A DNA stretch of 64,000 nucleotides from Malacoraja senta (lineage: Eukaryota): NCBI GenBank assembly GCA_038087875.1, contig JAXLNO010000315.1, forward strand, positions 1-64,000, written 5' to 3'. The notes under the pieces were generated by a model. That model saw only the letters and a list, made by a program, of their open reading frames with translations. It was not told the origin of the DNA and did no database searches. Each line of letters starts with the position of its first letter. Position 1 is the stretch's first letter. The position numbers and the translations under genes are program-made. This document shows positions 47,186 through 57,429 of the stretch, one piece after another.

Positions 47186-47228
47186 TCTCCAAGTGGAGGC
47201 GTGGGTTCGAATCCCACTTCTGACACCA
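47186..47228 (-). promoter_or_regulatory. Primer-binding site complementary to tRNA-Leu, extended to 43 nt
   Basis: Plus strand reads TCTCCAAGTGGAGGCGTGGGTTCGAATCCCACTTCTGACACCA and abuts the LTR. Confidence 0.9.
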
Positions 47229-50219
47229 TGTAAAGACTGTCCAAACTCATGGTGTCTTCACTCTAGTTTATTGCATACATTGTATTCGTATACACACATA
47301 TTGCCCTAGCTGTTCGTGGTCCGTTACCGGAGCTAGAGAGCGAGCTAGGGGTGGGAAGGTTACATTTATACTGAAGCTAATGGGGAGTGGTTAGCAGAAG
47401 TTAGGTCACCATGTTAAAGGAACATGCACGGCTCTACACATCTGACCCCTTATATCTTGGTTCACTGCTAGTACTTTCAGCAATACGGAGTTCCTTGGGG
47501 TCTCGTGCATTTTTGGCATTTTCATCCATCGTAAGCTACTGGAGCTGATGGAAGACAAAATAGTTGATCGTAGAGGCCACTTCTCCCAGTGGCTCTGCTG
47601 ACTCTGACGGGGCAGCGAATCGTACTGCCAGGAGTAGAACATCTGGCAGCTGCCGTCTTCGCTTGTATCGGCCTCACCGTCAGAGTCAGGGTCAGAACTC
47701 TCACAGAGCAGCGAATCGTACTGCCAGAAATAGAACATCTGGCAGCTGCCGTCTTCGCTTGTATCGGAGAACTCTGCTGACCCTGTGCACGCGCCTCATC
47801 AATGAGGGTGCTATCAAGCAGCCCTTTACTAGGTGCTGCTGACCTGGCTTCTGCAGCCTGGCTCTGACATCACTCTTCCTGGAGTATGTCTTGTTGAAGC
47901 AACCCGTGTACAGGTTCTCCATTTGGAATATCCACTCAGAAAGTGGTATCCAGCCTTGGAGGTGAATCCCAAACTGACTCTTGCTCCATGGACCTGACTT
48001 GCATGTTGGCTAGCGCCCAACTGACGCTGGCTCCATTCTTTTTCTAAATACACAAGCCCACAGTCGCCCTGCTCCCAGCCGGCGACTGTTACAGGGGTAT
48101 AAGGTAGCCCTTCACCAACCGCATTCCCACGGCTCTCTATCGGCTTTGCGGCTCGCCTCTTGCCCTTGCCCGTTTTGTTCATGGTGCCTGTGAAAAAATC
48201 GCAACAGACCACCACAGCAAACGGACCTTAAAAACTCAAAAAAAGTGTTTTACTTACCTTGGAGTTGTAAAAACTACATTCCAATGCGTCTGACGTAATG
48301 ACGCGCATGCGCCCTGACGGGTCTTCTTCACGTAGTCACTCACGTGACTCCGAAGTAAAATACAAAGGTGTAATCAACGACTTTGTTGAGTGGTGTGGGA
48401 TGAATCACCTGCAGCTCAACACCAACAAGACTAAGGAGTTAATGGTGCACTTTAGGAGGAGAGGAACACCCCTGTCCCCTGTCTCCATCAAGGGTGTGGG
48501 ATGTGCAGTTTACCAGGGAGTACAAGTACCTTGGAGTGTACCTGGACAGTAAACCGGACTGGTCCAGGAATGCTGAGGCCCTGTACAAGAAGGGAACAGA
48601 GCCGGCTGTACTTTTTGAGAAGCTCCAGTCTTCAACGTCTGCAGTAAGATGCTGCAGATGTTCTACCAATCGGTGGTATCTACCATCCAGTGAATTGGCT
48701 TCCACTGCCTTCTGTGGCAGAGAATTCCACAGATTCACAACTCTCTGCGTGAAGAGGTTTTCCTCATCTCAGTCCTAATTGGCCTACCCCTTATTCTTAA
48801 ACTGTGACCCCTAATTCTGGACTCCTAACATCAGCGGCGGCGGCGGTGTGAAGCAGAAATACGTCTACTTAACAGCGAGTCGGCTTCAATTGCCGACTGA
48901 GGTAAATCTCCACCTCGGATGAAGCCTCGACCTACCACCGGACGAGGACCACTGGAGGGTCGCTCCGATTGCGGTGGTCTCCAGCGTTTGGCTGTTTCTG
49001 GTCGTGAATCGATCTTCGGCCTTCATCGCATAGCTGCTAGAACCCTGCACGCTGCCCGGAGAGGACGCTGGTGTTGACTGTTCGCCGCTTCTCCACCCGC
49101 CTCTCCCCCCCCCCCCCCCTTACCTGTCTGTCCACCATCGACGATGGACACCTCCCTGCACCAACGACGCTGGATCCTTTCTGTACCCGCACCCGCACCC
49201 TGGCCAGCCTCTCTGCACCTGCGCCGCTGGACGGCCCCTGCACCTGCGTTGCTGGACGGCCCCTGCACCTGAGTTGCTGGACGGCCCCTGCACCTGCGTT
49301 GCTGGACGGCCTCGCTGCACCTGCACTGCTGGACGGCCTCTTTGCTCCCTCACTGCTGGACACCTCGCTGCACCCGCTCTATTGGACGGCCTCTCTGCTC
49401 CCTCACCGCTGGATACTCTCTCCACCTGCACTGCTGGACGCCTCTCTGCACCCGCACCGCTGGACGGCCTCTCTGCGCCCTCGCTGCTGGACACCCCTCT
49501 TCGCCTTCTCTGTTGGACACCTCTCTGCGCCCTCACCGCTGGACAACCTCTCTGCTGCTTCCTGCAGTTGCTCGGGCTCCTCATCATGCTCAAATACTCG
49601 GCTCTGCGGCTGACTGGTCTCTCCAATAACTACATCCCATCCTGCATCCCAGTCATTAAACAGTTTGGACTTCTGCGTCGACCCCGTTACATCCACAGAG
49701 GCTCTCGACGCAAGCTTGTTTGCTTCGGCCACGGACATTCCATTCCATCCATCTGCTCACCACCACGCTCTGCCCCCCCTCAACCGCGTCACCCCCCATC
49801 CCAGCTGACCACATTCACTGTCAACTGGGACAACCTCAGATCTCTCTCAGCCTTCCCCCATCCCTCCACCCTCTCACAATGCCAACTTTACCCTCCTCAA
49901 CACCCGGTCGCTCAACAACAAAGCCCTTGCCCTCCATGAACTAATCTTTGACAACACTCTTGACTTCCTTCTGCTCACTGAAACCTGGCAACAACCCAAT
50001 ATCTTCTTCTCCCTCAATCAAGCATCCCCATCTGGATTTAATTATATCTCCAAACCCTGCCCCTCCCGCCATGGAGGTGGCCTCGCTGTTATTTTCAACC
50101 AGAACTTTCCGATCGCTGAACTCCCCCTCCCCCTGTAGGTCACTTTGAATTCCTCGCCTTCAAAGCCCTTTCCTCCATGACAGATCATCCTCATTTACCC
50201 GGCCACCTAAACCTCAAAC

Positions 50220-50419
50220 NNNNNNNNNNNNNNNNNNNNNNNNNNNNNNNNNNNNNNNNNNNNNNNNNNNNNNNNNNNNNNNNNNNNNNNNNNNNNNNNN
50301 NNNNNNNNNNNNNNNNNNNNNNNNNNNNNNNNNNNNNNNNNNNNNNNNNNNNNNNNNNNNNNNNNNNNNNNNNNNNNNNNNNNNNNNNNNNNNNNNNNNN
50401 NNNNNNNNNNNNNNNNNNN
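50220..50419. other. Assembly gap (200 N)
   Basis: N run whose flanks overlap. Confidence 0.99.
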
Positions 50420-50454
50420 CATTTGAATTCCTCGCCTTCAAAGCCCTTTCCTCC

Positions 50455-52923
50455 ATGACAGTCATCCTCATTTACCGGCCACCTAAACCAAACCCCTCCT
50501 TCCTATCTGACTTCACTGAACTCCTCACACTTGCCTCATCTCTCTCCCCACGTCTGCTGCTACTTGGCGACTTAAATATTCATATGGACTCCCCCACCTG
50601 CAAGCTCGCATCTGAATTCGCTTTTCTACTTGACAGCTTCTCTCTCACTCAGCACGTCACCTTTCCCACTCATGACAAAGGTCACATCCTTGACCTGGTC
50701 TGCTCCACAAATCAACCGGTACTCGACCTCCATCCATGCCTCTTCCCCCTCTCTGATCATAAGCTTATACGGTTCATCATCCCTTCTCCGACACCTCGCC
50801 CCCGCTTCCTCCGAGAAATCACCTTCCGTAATCTAAAATCCATCGACCTCCACCATCTCTCTGACCTGCTCTCCACCACTCCCCCCCTGGACTCAACCCA
50901 CATCTCACCTGATGATCTCACAAACTATCTCAATTCCACCTTGTCTACCTCCCTTAACACTCTGGCCCCCCTCAAAACAAGAACCGTAACTTTTAATAAA
51001 TCTTCACCCTGGTACACACCTGCACTTCGTAAGCTGAAACAGACGGGTCGCCGACTTGAACGACTCATAAAGAAATCATCTCTCACAGTCCACCATGAAG
51101 CTTACAAACTCCACCTCACTGCCTACAAAGATGCCCTCATTGCTGCTAAATCTGCCTACCTCTCCTCCATATTCACCGACCCCTGCCTAAACCACAGAAC
51201 CCTCTTCTCCACAGTGTGCAACCTCCTCAAGCCTCGAGCCAACACTCTCCCTACCTCCACTCCGGATCTCTGCAACTCATTCCTCCACTTTTTCGCTGAC
51301 AAAATCAGCACCATCTATCAATCTCTATCCCCTGTACCTGACTCCCCAGCATCTACTCCACCACCTACCAAGGCCCCTCCTTTCAACATCTCCACTGACC
51401 TCCTTACCCCTCCTCCAAACTGCTTCCTCTCCCAGTTTGACCCGGTCACCCCTACTGAAATCTCCAAACTCATCAGCGCTTCCAAACCCACTACCTGCTC
51501 CCTCGACCCTCTCCCCACTCCCCTGCTGAAATCCTGCCTCCCCGCTCTCTGCCCCTACCTCACTAATCTCTTCAACTCCTCATTGTCCCAAGGAATTGTC
51601 CCCTCTGCTTTCAAAACTGCTGCTGTCACACCAATCTTAAAGAAACCTGGTCTTGATCCCTCCTCTCTCATTAACTACCGCCCTATCTCAAACCTCCCCT
51701 TTCTTTCAAAAACCCTGGAGCGTATCGTCGCGTCACAACTTCATTCCCACCTCCTCGCGTATAACCTATTCGAACCCCTCCAATCTGGCTTTCGCCCCCT
51801 CCATAGCACAGAAACTGCTCTCCTCAAAGTACTCAACGACCTCCTCACCTCTGCTGATACTGGTTCCCTCAACATCCTCATCCTCCTCGACCTGAGTGCA
51901 GCCTTCGATACCGTGAACCATAACTTCCTGCTTGCCAGACTAAAAGACCTTGGCATTGAAGGTTCTGTACTCAGCTGGCTCCGTTCCTATCTTTCCAACC
52001 GATCCCACTTCATCTCTCTCCATAACCACACCTCTGCCACAGCCACTGTCACTCAAGGCGTTCCCCAAGGCTCCGTTCTCGGTCCCCTCCTCTTCATCAT
52101 CTACATCCTCCCCCTTGGTCATATACTCCGTCACTTCAACCTGGACTTCCACTGCTATGCTGATGACACCCAGATCTATCTCAGCACCAAGTCCCCCCAC
52201 CACCCCCCTCTCTCCCATATCAACTCCTGCCTATCAGCCATCAAATCTTGGATGCAACTCAACTTCCTTAAATTAAACAGTAACAAAACAGAATTTCTCC
52301 TCATTGGCTCCAAATCAACACTCACTAAAATTAACAACCCCACTCTCACTTTCGACGGCACCACTGTCTCCCCATCTCCTCAGTCCCGCAACCTTGGCGT
52401 GATCTTTGACTCAACCCTCTCCCTTGAGCCTCACATCTGCCATGTTGTCAAAACATCATTTTTTCACCTCCGCAACATTGCAAAAATCAGATCGTCTCTC
52501 ACACCCCCCGCTGCTGAAAGACTCATCCATGCCTTCATCTCCTCCCGACTGGACTACTGTAACTCTCTTCTCTTTGGCATCAATTCCAGCAACATCAACC
52601 GACTCCAACTGGTCCAGAATGCAGCCGCCCGACTCATCACCCACACCAAATCCTGGCACCACATCACCCCAGTTCTCAAAGAACTTCACTGGCTTCCCAT
52701 TTCCCACCGGATCATCTACAAAATCCTGGTCCTCACCTACAAAGCCCTCAACCACTTGCCCCCCCTTATTTCACTGACCTCCTCTCCCCCTACCAACCCT
52801 CACGGTCCCTCAGATCCACATCAGCCGGTCTCCTCTCCATTACGAAATCCAACCTCTGCACTTTTGGAAACAGAGCCTTCTCCAGGGCAGCTCCCAGGCT
52901 CTGGAACTCCCTCCCACAACTGA
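50455..52923 (+). CDS. L2 ORF2 (part of EN plus RT); frameshift near the C-terminus
   Basis: QSGFRPLHSTETAL, LDLSAAFDT, GVPQGSVLGP, CYADD, LHWLP. Confidence 0.88.
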   Translation: MTVILIYRPPKPNPSFLSDFTELLTLASSLSPRLLLLGDLNIHMDSPTCKLASEFAFLLDSFSLTQHVTFPTHDKGHILDLVCSTNQPVLDLHPCLFPLSDHKLIRFIIPSPTPRPRFLREITFRNLKSIDLHHLSDLLSTTPPLDSTHISPDDLTNYLNSTLSTSLNTLAPLKTRTVTFNKSSPWYTPALRKLKQTGRRLERLIKKSSLTVHHEAYKLHLTAYKDALIAAKSAYLSSIFTDPCLNHRTLFSTVCNLLKPRANTLPTSTPDLCNSFLHFFADKISTIYQSLSPVPDSPASTPPPTKAPPFNISTDLLTPPPNCFLSQFDPVTPTEISKLISASKPTTCSLDPLPTPLLKSCLPALCPYLTNLFNSSLSQGIVPSAFKTAAVTPILKKPGLDPSSLINYRPISNLPFLSKTLERIVASQLHSHLLAYNLFEPLQSGFRPLHSTETALLKVLNDLLTSADTGSLNILILLDLSAAFDTVNHNFLLARLKDLGIEGSVLSWLRSYLSNRSHFISLHNHTSATATVTQGVPQGSVLGPLLFIIYILPLGHILRHFNLDFHCYADDTQIYLSTKSPHHPPLSHINSCLSAIKSWMQLNFLKLNSNKTEFLLIGSKSTLTKINNPTLTFDGTTVSPSPQSRNLGVIFDSTLSLEPHICHVVKTSFFHLRNIAKIRSSLTPPAAERLIHAFISSRLDYCNSLLFGINSSNINRLQLVQNAAARLITHTKSWHHITPVLKELHWLPISHRIIYKILVLTYKALNHLPPLISLTSSPPTNPHGPSDPHQPVSSPLRNPTSALLETEPSPGQLPGSGTPSHN

Positions 52924-53454
52924 TCCGAAATTCTGAGTCCCTCACCATCCTCCAGTCCCGCCTCAAGACCCCTCTTCACCTCTGCATACCCTTAGTTCCA
53001 TGTCCCCCTCCCCTTTGCATCTCTGTCTTACTGTTCTATTTTGCTTTTTTTTTTAACTCTCAATGTAAAGCGACTTTGAGTCCTTGAAAAGTGCGATATA
53101 AATAAAATGTATTATTGTTATTATTATCAGGTACATTTTTCCTGCATCTAGCCTGAGCAATCCTTTAAGAATATGTTTCTATAAGATTCCCACTCATCCT
53201 TCTAAATTCCAGTGAATACAAGCCCAGTCAACCCATTCTTTCATCATATGTCAGTTCCGCCATCTCGGGAATTAACCTGGTGAACCTACGCTGCACTAAC
53301 TCAATAGCAAATGTCCATCCTCAAATTAGGAGACCTGTACAACTGCAGTAGGATCTCCTTGCTCCTAACATCCTCTCGCAATGAAGGCCAACATGCCATT
53401 AGCTCTCTTCACTGCCTGCTGAACCTGTATGCTTACTTTCAGTGACTGATGTAC

Positions 53455-54195
53455 AATACAATAGAATAATACTTTATTAGACAAGTATGTTTTGCAACAT
53501 ACGAGGAGCTTAATTTGCCAAGTCAGAGATGCAAATAACAACAGAACACACAAAATACATTTTAACATAAGCATCCACCACAGTGACTCCTCCACATTCC
53601 TCACTGTGATGGAAGGCGAAAAAAAAAGTTAAATCTCTTCCCTTCTTTGTTCTCCCGGTCTGGGACCTCGAGGCTTCCGTTGACAGGGCGATCTTACTCC
53701 CATAGCCGGCGGTCGAGCCCTCCTCGTTGATCAAGCTCCTGCATCGGGGGGATCTCAGCTCCCCCGCGACGGCCATCGGACCCCAGGTCGGGGCTGGTCA
53801 AAACATCTGCATCGTTGGAGCTTCCTGACATCTACGGTCTCTCCCCGAGACTGCGAGCTCTCGATGGTAAAATCCACAGGCAAGTTGGAGCGTCGATGCC
53901 AGGCAAGGGATTGGCTTCGATGGTAAGTCCACGCCCCCACGGTGGGGCTCAATGTCAGTCCCGAGCGAGGCCTCCAGCTCCACGATGTTAGGCCACAGAG
54001 TGACCGGAGATATACGACCCGGAAAACAAACGCATCTCCGGCAGGGTAAGAGGTTGAAAAAAAAGGTCCCCCCCCCCTGCCCCACATAAAACAAGCCAGA
54101 GAACATTTACACTTTTCAAAAACTCTAAAAATAACAAAAAATACAAAAAAAGACAGACCGTTGGCGAGACTGCCAATCGTGCGGCGCCCCCTGGC
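53455..54195 (-). mobile_element. Non-coding GC-rich SINE-like retro-insert
   Basis: 3' tail related to 8757-8987; interrupts the CR1 at HQSLKV. Confidence 0.65.
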
Positions 54196-57100
54196 ACACA
54201 GGTCTCGTTGCACCTCCCCATTTCATAATCTGACACCATTCAGATAATAATCTGCCTTCCTATCCAAGTCACCCTGCAGCCTCATAGCGTCCTCATCGCA
54301 GCTCACACTGCCACCCAGCTTTGTGTCATCCGCAAACTTGTCTAAATTGTTAATATTTATCGTAAATAACAGGTCCCAGCACCGAGTCTAGCGGCACCCC
54401 ATTAGTCACTGGCTGCCATTCTGTAAAGACCCCGTTAATTCCTACTGTTTGCTTCCTGTCTGCCAATCAGTTCTCTATCCATGTCAATACCCTACCCCCA
54501 ATACCATGTGCTCTAATTTTGCACACTAATCTCTTATGTGGGACCATGTCAAAGGCTTTTTGAGAGTTCAGATACACTACATCCAGTGACTCTCCCATAT
54601 CCATTCTAATTGTTACATCCTCAAAATATTCTTGAGGATTAGTCAAGCATGATTTCCCCATCATAAATCCTTGTTGACTTTGACCGATCCTGTCACTGCT
54701 TTCCAAGTGCGCTACTATTACATCTTTAATAATCGACCCAAGCATCTTCCCCACCACCGATGTAAGGCTAACTGGTCTATAATTCCCTGTTTTCTCTCTC
54801 GCTCCTTTCTTAAAAAGTGGAGTTACATTGGCTACCCTCCAGTCCAATGAAACTGATCCAGAGTCCATAGAACATTGGAAAATTATGACCCATGCATCCA
54901 TGATTTGTAGGGTCACCTCCTTGAGTACTCTGGGATGCAGACCATCAGGCCCTGGGGATTTATCTGCCTTCAGTCCCAACAGTTTACCCAACACAATTTC
55001 CTGACTAATGTGGATTCCCTTCAGTTCCTCCCTCCCACTGGATCCTCAGTCCCCCAGTATTTCTGGGAGATTGTTTGTGGCTTCCTTAGTGAAGGCAGAG
55101 CCAAAGTTCTCATTTAACTGTTCTGCTATTTCTTCGTTTCCCATTATAAATTCACCTCTCTCAGATTGTAAGGGACCTACATTGGTCTTCACTAATCTTT
55201 TCCTTTTCACATACCTAATGGAACTTTTAGTCAGTTTTTATATTCCCTGCAAGCTTTCTTTCATGTTCTTTTTTCGCCCTCTTAATTAACCCCTTTGTCC
55301 TCCTCTGTTGAGTTCTAAATTTCTCCCAGTCCTCCGGTTTGCTGCTTCCTCTGGCCAATTTATATGCATCTTCCTTGATTTCCCTTGTTAACCACGGTTG
55401 AGCCGACTTCCCCTTCTTATTTTTTCGCCCAAGAGGGATGAACAATTTTTGGAGTTCATCCACGCGGTCTTTAAATCTTTGCCATTGCATCTCCACCATC
55501 AACCCTTCAAGTATAATGTGCCAGTCTATCCTAGTCAACTCCCGTCTCATACCTTCAAAGTCTCCATTAACCGTGTTATTCTCTGAACTAACCAATGCAG
55601 AATTTCTCCATATTATGGTCACTGTTGCCCAAGGGGTTCTGTACCAGAAGATCACTAACTAATCCTTCCTCATTACACAATACCCAGTCTAGGATGGCCT
55701 GCCCTCTAGTCGGTTCTTCTACATATTGGTTCAAAAAATCATCCCGTATACATTCTAGGAAATCCTCTTCCTCAGCGCCGTTACCAATTTAGTTGGTCCA
55801 ATCTATATGTAGATTAAAGTCACCCATGATAGCTGCTGTACCATTGCTACATGCATCCTAATTTCCTGTTTGATGCTATCCCCAACCTCCCTATTGCTGT
55901 TTGGTGGTCTGTATACAACTCCAACAAGCATTTTCTGCCCTTGGCTATTTTGCAGTTCTACCCATAATGATTCTATAGCATCCAAGCTAATGTCTCTCCT
56001 TGCTATTGCATGAATCTCCTCTTTAACCAGCAATGCCACCACATCTCCTCTTCTTTTCTGTCTATCCTTCCTGAATATCGAATACTCCAACATGTTTAGC
56101 TCTCAGCATTGGTCACCCTGGAGCCATGTCTCCGTAATCCCAACTATATCATATTCCTCAACTACTAACTGTGCATCAAATTCATCCACCTTATTTCGAA
56201 TGCCCCTGGCATTAAGGCACAAAGCTTTCAGGTTTATTTTTCTTATCTCCTATCGACCTTTTGCTTCTGTCCTCCTTTTATGGCCCTGTCTCCTTGCATT
56301 AGGTCCCATCCCCCTGCCCTGTTAATTTAAATGTGACCTTTCCTACACTCTCTTTCCAGTTGGCTGCACGGATACGCGTCCACATTATTGACTCCACCCC
56401 CCCCCACTGTTTAGATTAAACCTACCCGTGTAGCACTAGCAAACCTGCCTGCCAGAATGTCAGTCCCCTTCCAATTAAAGTGCAACCCGTCCCTTTTGTA
56501 CAGGTCACCCCTGCCCCAGAAGAGATTCCAGTGATCTGGAAATCTAAATCCCTGCGCCCTACACCAACTCCTCAGCCGCACATTCAGATCCCCTATCTCC
56601 CTGTTCCTATCCTCACCAGCACGAGGTACTGGAAGCAACCCAGACATAACCACCCAAGAGGTCCTGCTTTTCAGCCTCCTACCTAGTTCTTTATACTCAC
56701 GTTGCAGAACCTCCTTCCTCTTCTTACCCACGCCATTTGTGCCTACATGCACAATTACTTCCGGCTGCTCACCTTCCCTCTCGAGGATGTTCTGGTCGGT
56801 TTGAGACGTCTTGTACCCTGGCACCAGGGTAGCAACACATCATCCTCGAGTCTTGCCTGTTGCCACAGAATCTTCTGACAATGGAGTCACCCAAGTCGGC
56901 AGGGCCGGATTTAGATGAAGAGAGGCCCTAAGCTATTTCACTTGTGAGGCCCCCCCCCCCCCCAACGACTAGAGGACCATGACTATCTGACAGTGTGACA
57001 CTTTTAGATCCTACTGTATGTTGTCATTAAACAGTTGGTTTTAAAATACATATTGGATTCACCGCGGAGCGGGCGATGCCTTACCTGGATCGCCGTTTGA

Positions 57101-57429
57101 AGCTCTGGAGTGTTGGGCCTGCTGCTTCAACATCATGGAGCTGTGGTTTGCGGAGCTCCCAGCCTCGGGCCGCGCTGATTTCAACATCGTGGAGCCCCGA
57201 GAGCCGCCAGCGTGAATCTCCGCCCAGCTCAGCCTGTGGACTTCGGGAGCCGGTAGGAAGTGGCCGATTCGGAAGTCCAAGCCGCTGAGAATGTTCTCCC
57301 GTTCCGACGTCGGATAGTGCCCCCAAATTTCATTGTACCAATTGGTGCATGTGACAATAAGTGTCTCTTGAATTGAATGTGGAATATTAAGAAATAAAGA
57401 AACTATAAATACACTAAGAGCAAAAATGT

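Larger units (their letters stand above)
45105..47438 (-). mobile_element. Internally deleted Gypsy/Ty3 LTR retrotransposon
   Basis: 210-bp TG..CA LTRs 45105-45314 and 47229-47438 (1 mismatch seen); TSD CATCT; PPT 45315-45325; tRNA-Leu PBS. Confidence 0.96.
41256..48360 (-). mobile_element. Complete DIRS1-type tyrosine-recombinase retrotransposon with degenerate ORFs
   Basis: ITRs 41328-41361 / 48299-48333; ICR 41493-41598 complementary to both ends; gag from 48182; RT/RNaseH ~44450-43150; methylase-like FPSF..VVPDWSTQQWFP ~42900; YR SHSI..ATS..FY ~41830-41940. Confidence 0.93.
40945..48680 (+). mobile_element. Rex1/Babar fragment split by DIRS (40945-41255 and 48361-48680)
   Basis: GAPQGTVLSPFLFT; EGREAE|YKGVINDFVEWC reads through the empty site. 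Confidence 0.85.
48831..53127 (+). mobile_element. Full-length L2 LINE
   Basis: 5' tandem repeats; LLRRPRYIHRG; EN (LLNTRSL, LTETW, LSDH); RT; (TAT)n tail; possible ATCAG TSD. Confidence 0.92.

Noticed and set aside
47186..47228. tRNA-Leu gene
   Set aside because: Only the 3' half, with encoded CCA, abutting an LTR; it is a PBS
49037..49626. Ala/Gly/Ser-rich ORFs
   Set aside because: Arise from the GC-rich tandem array
50142..50219. Biological tandem duplication in L2
   Set aside because: Error-rich contig-end overlap at the N gap
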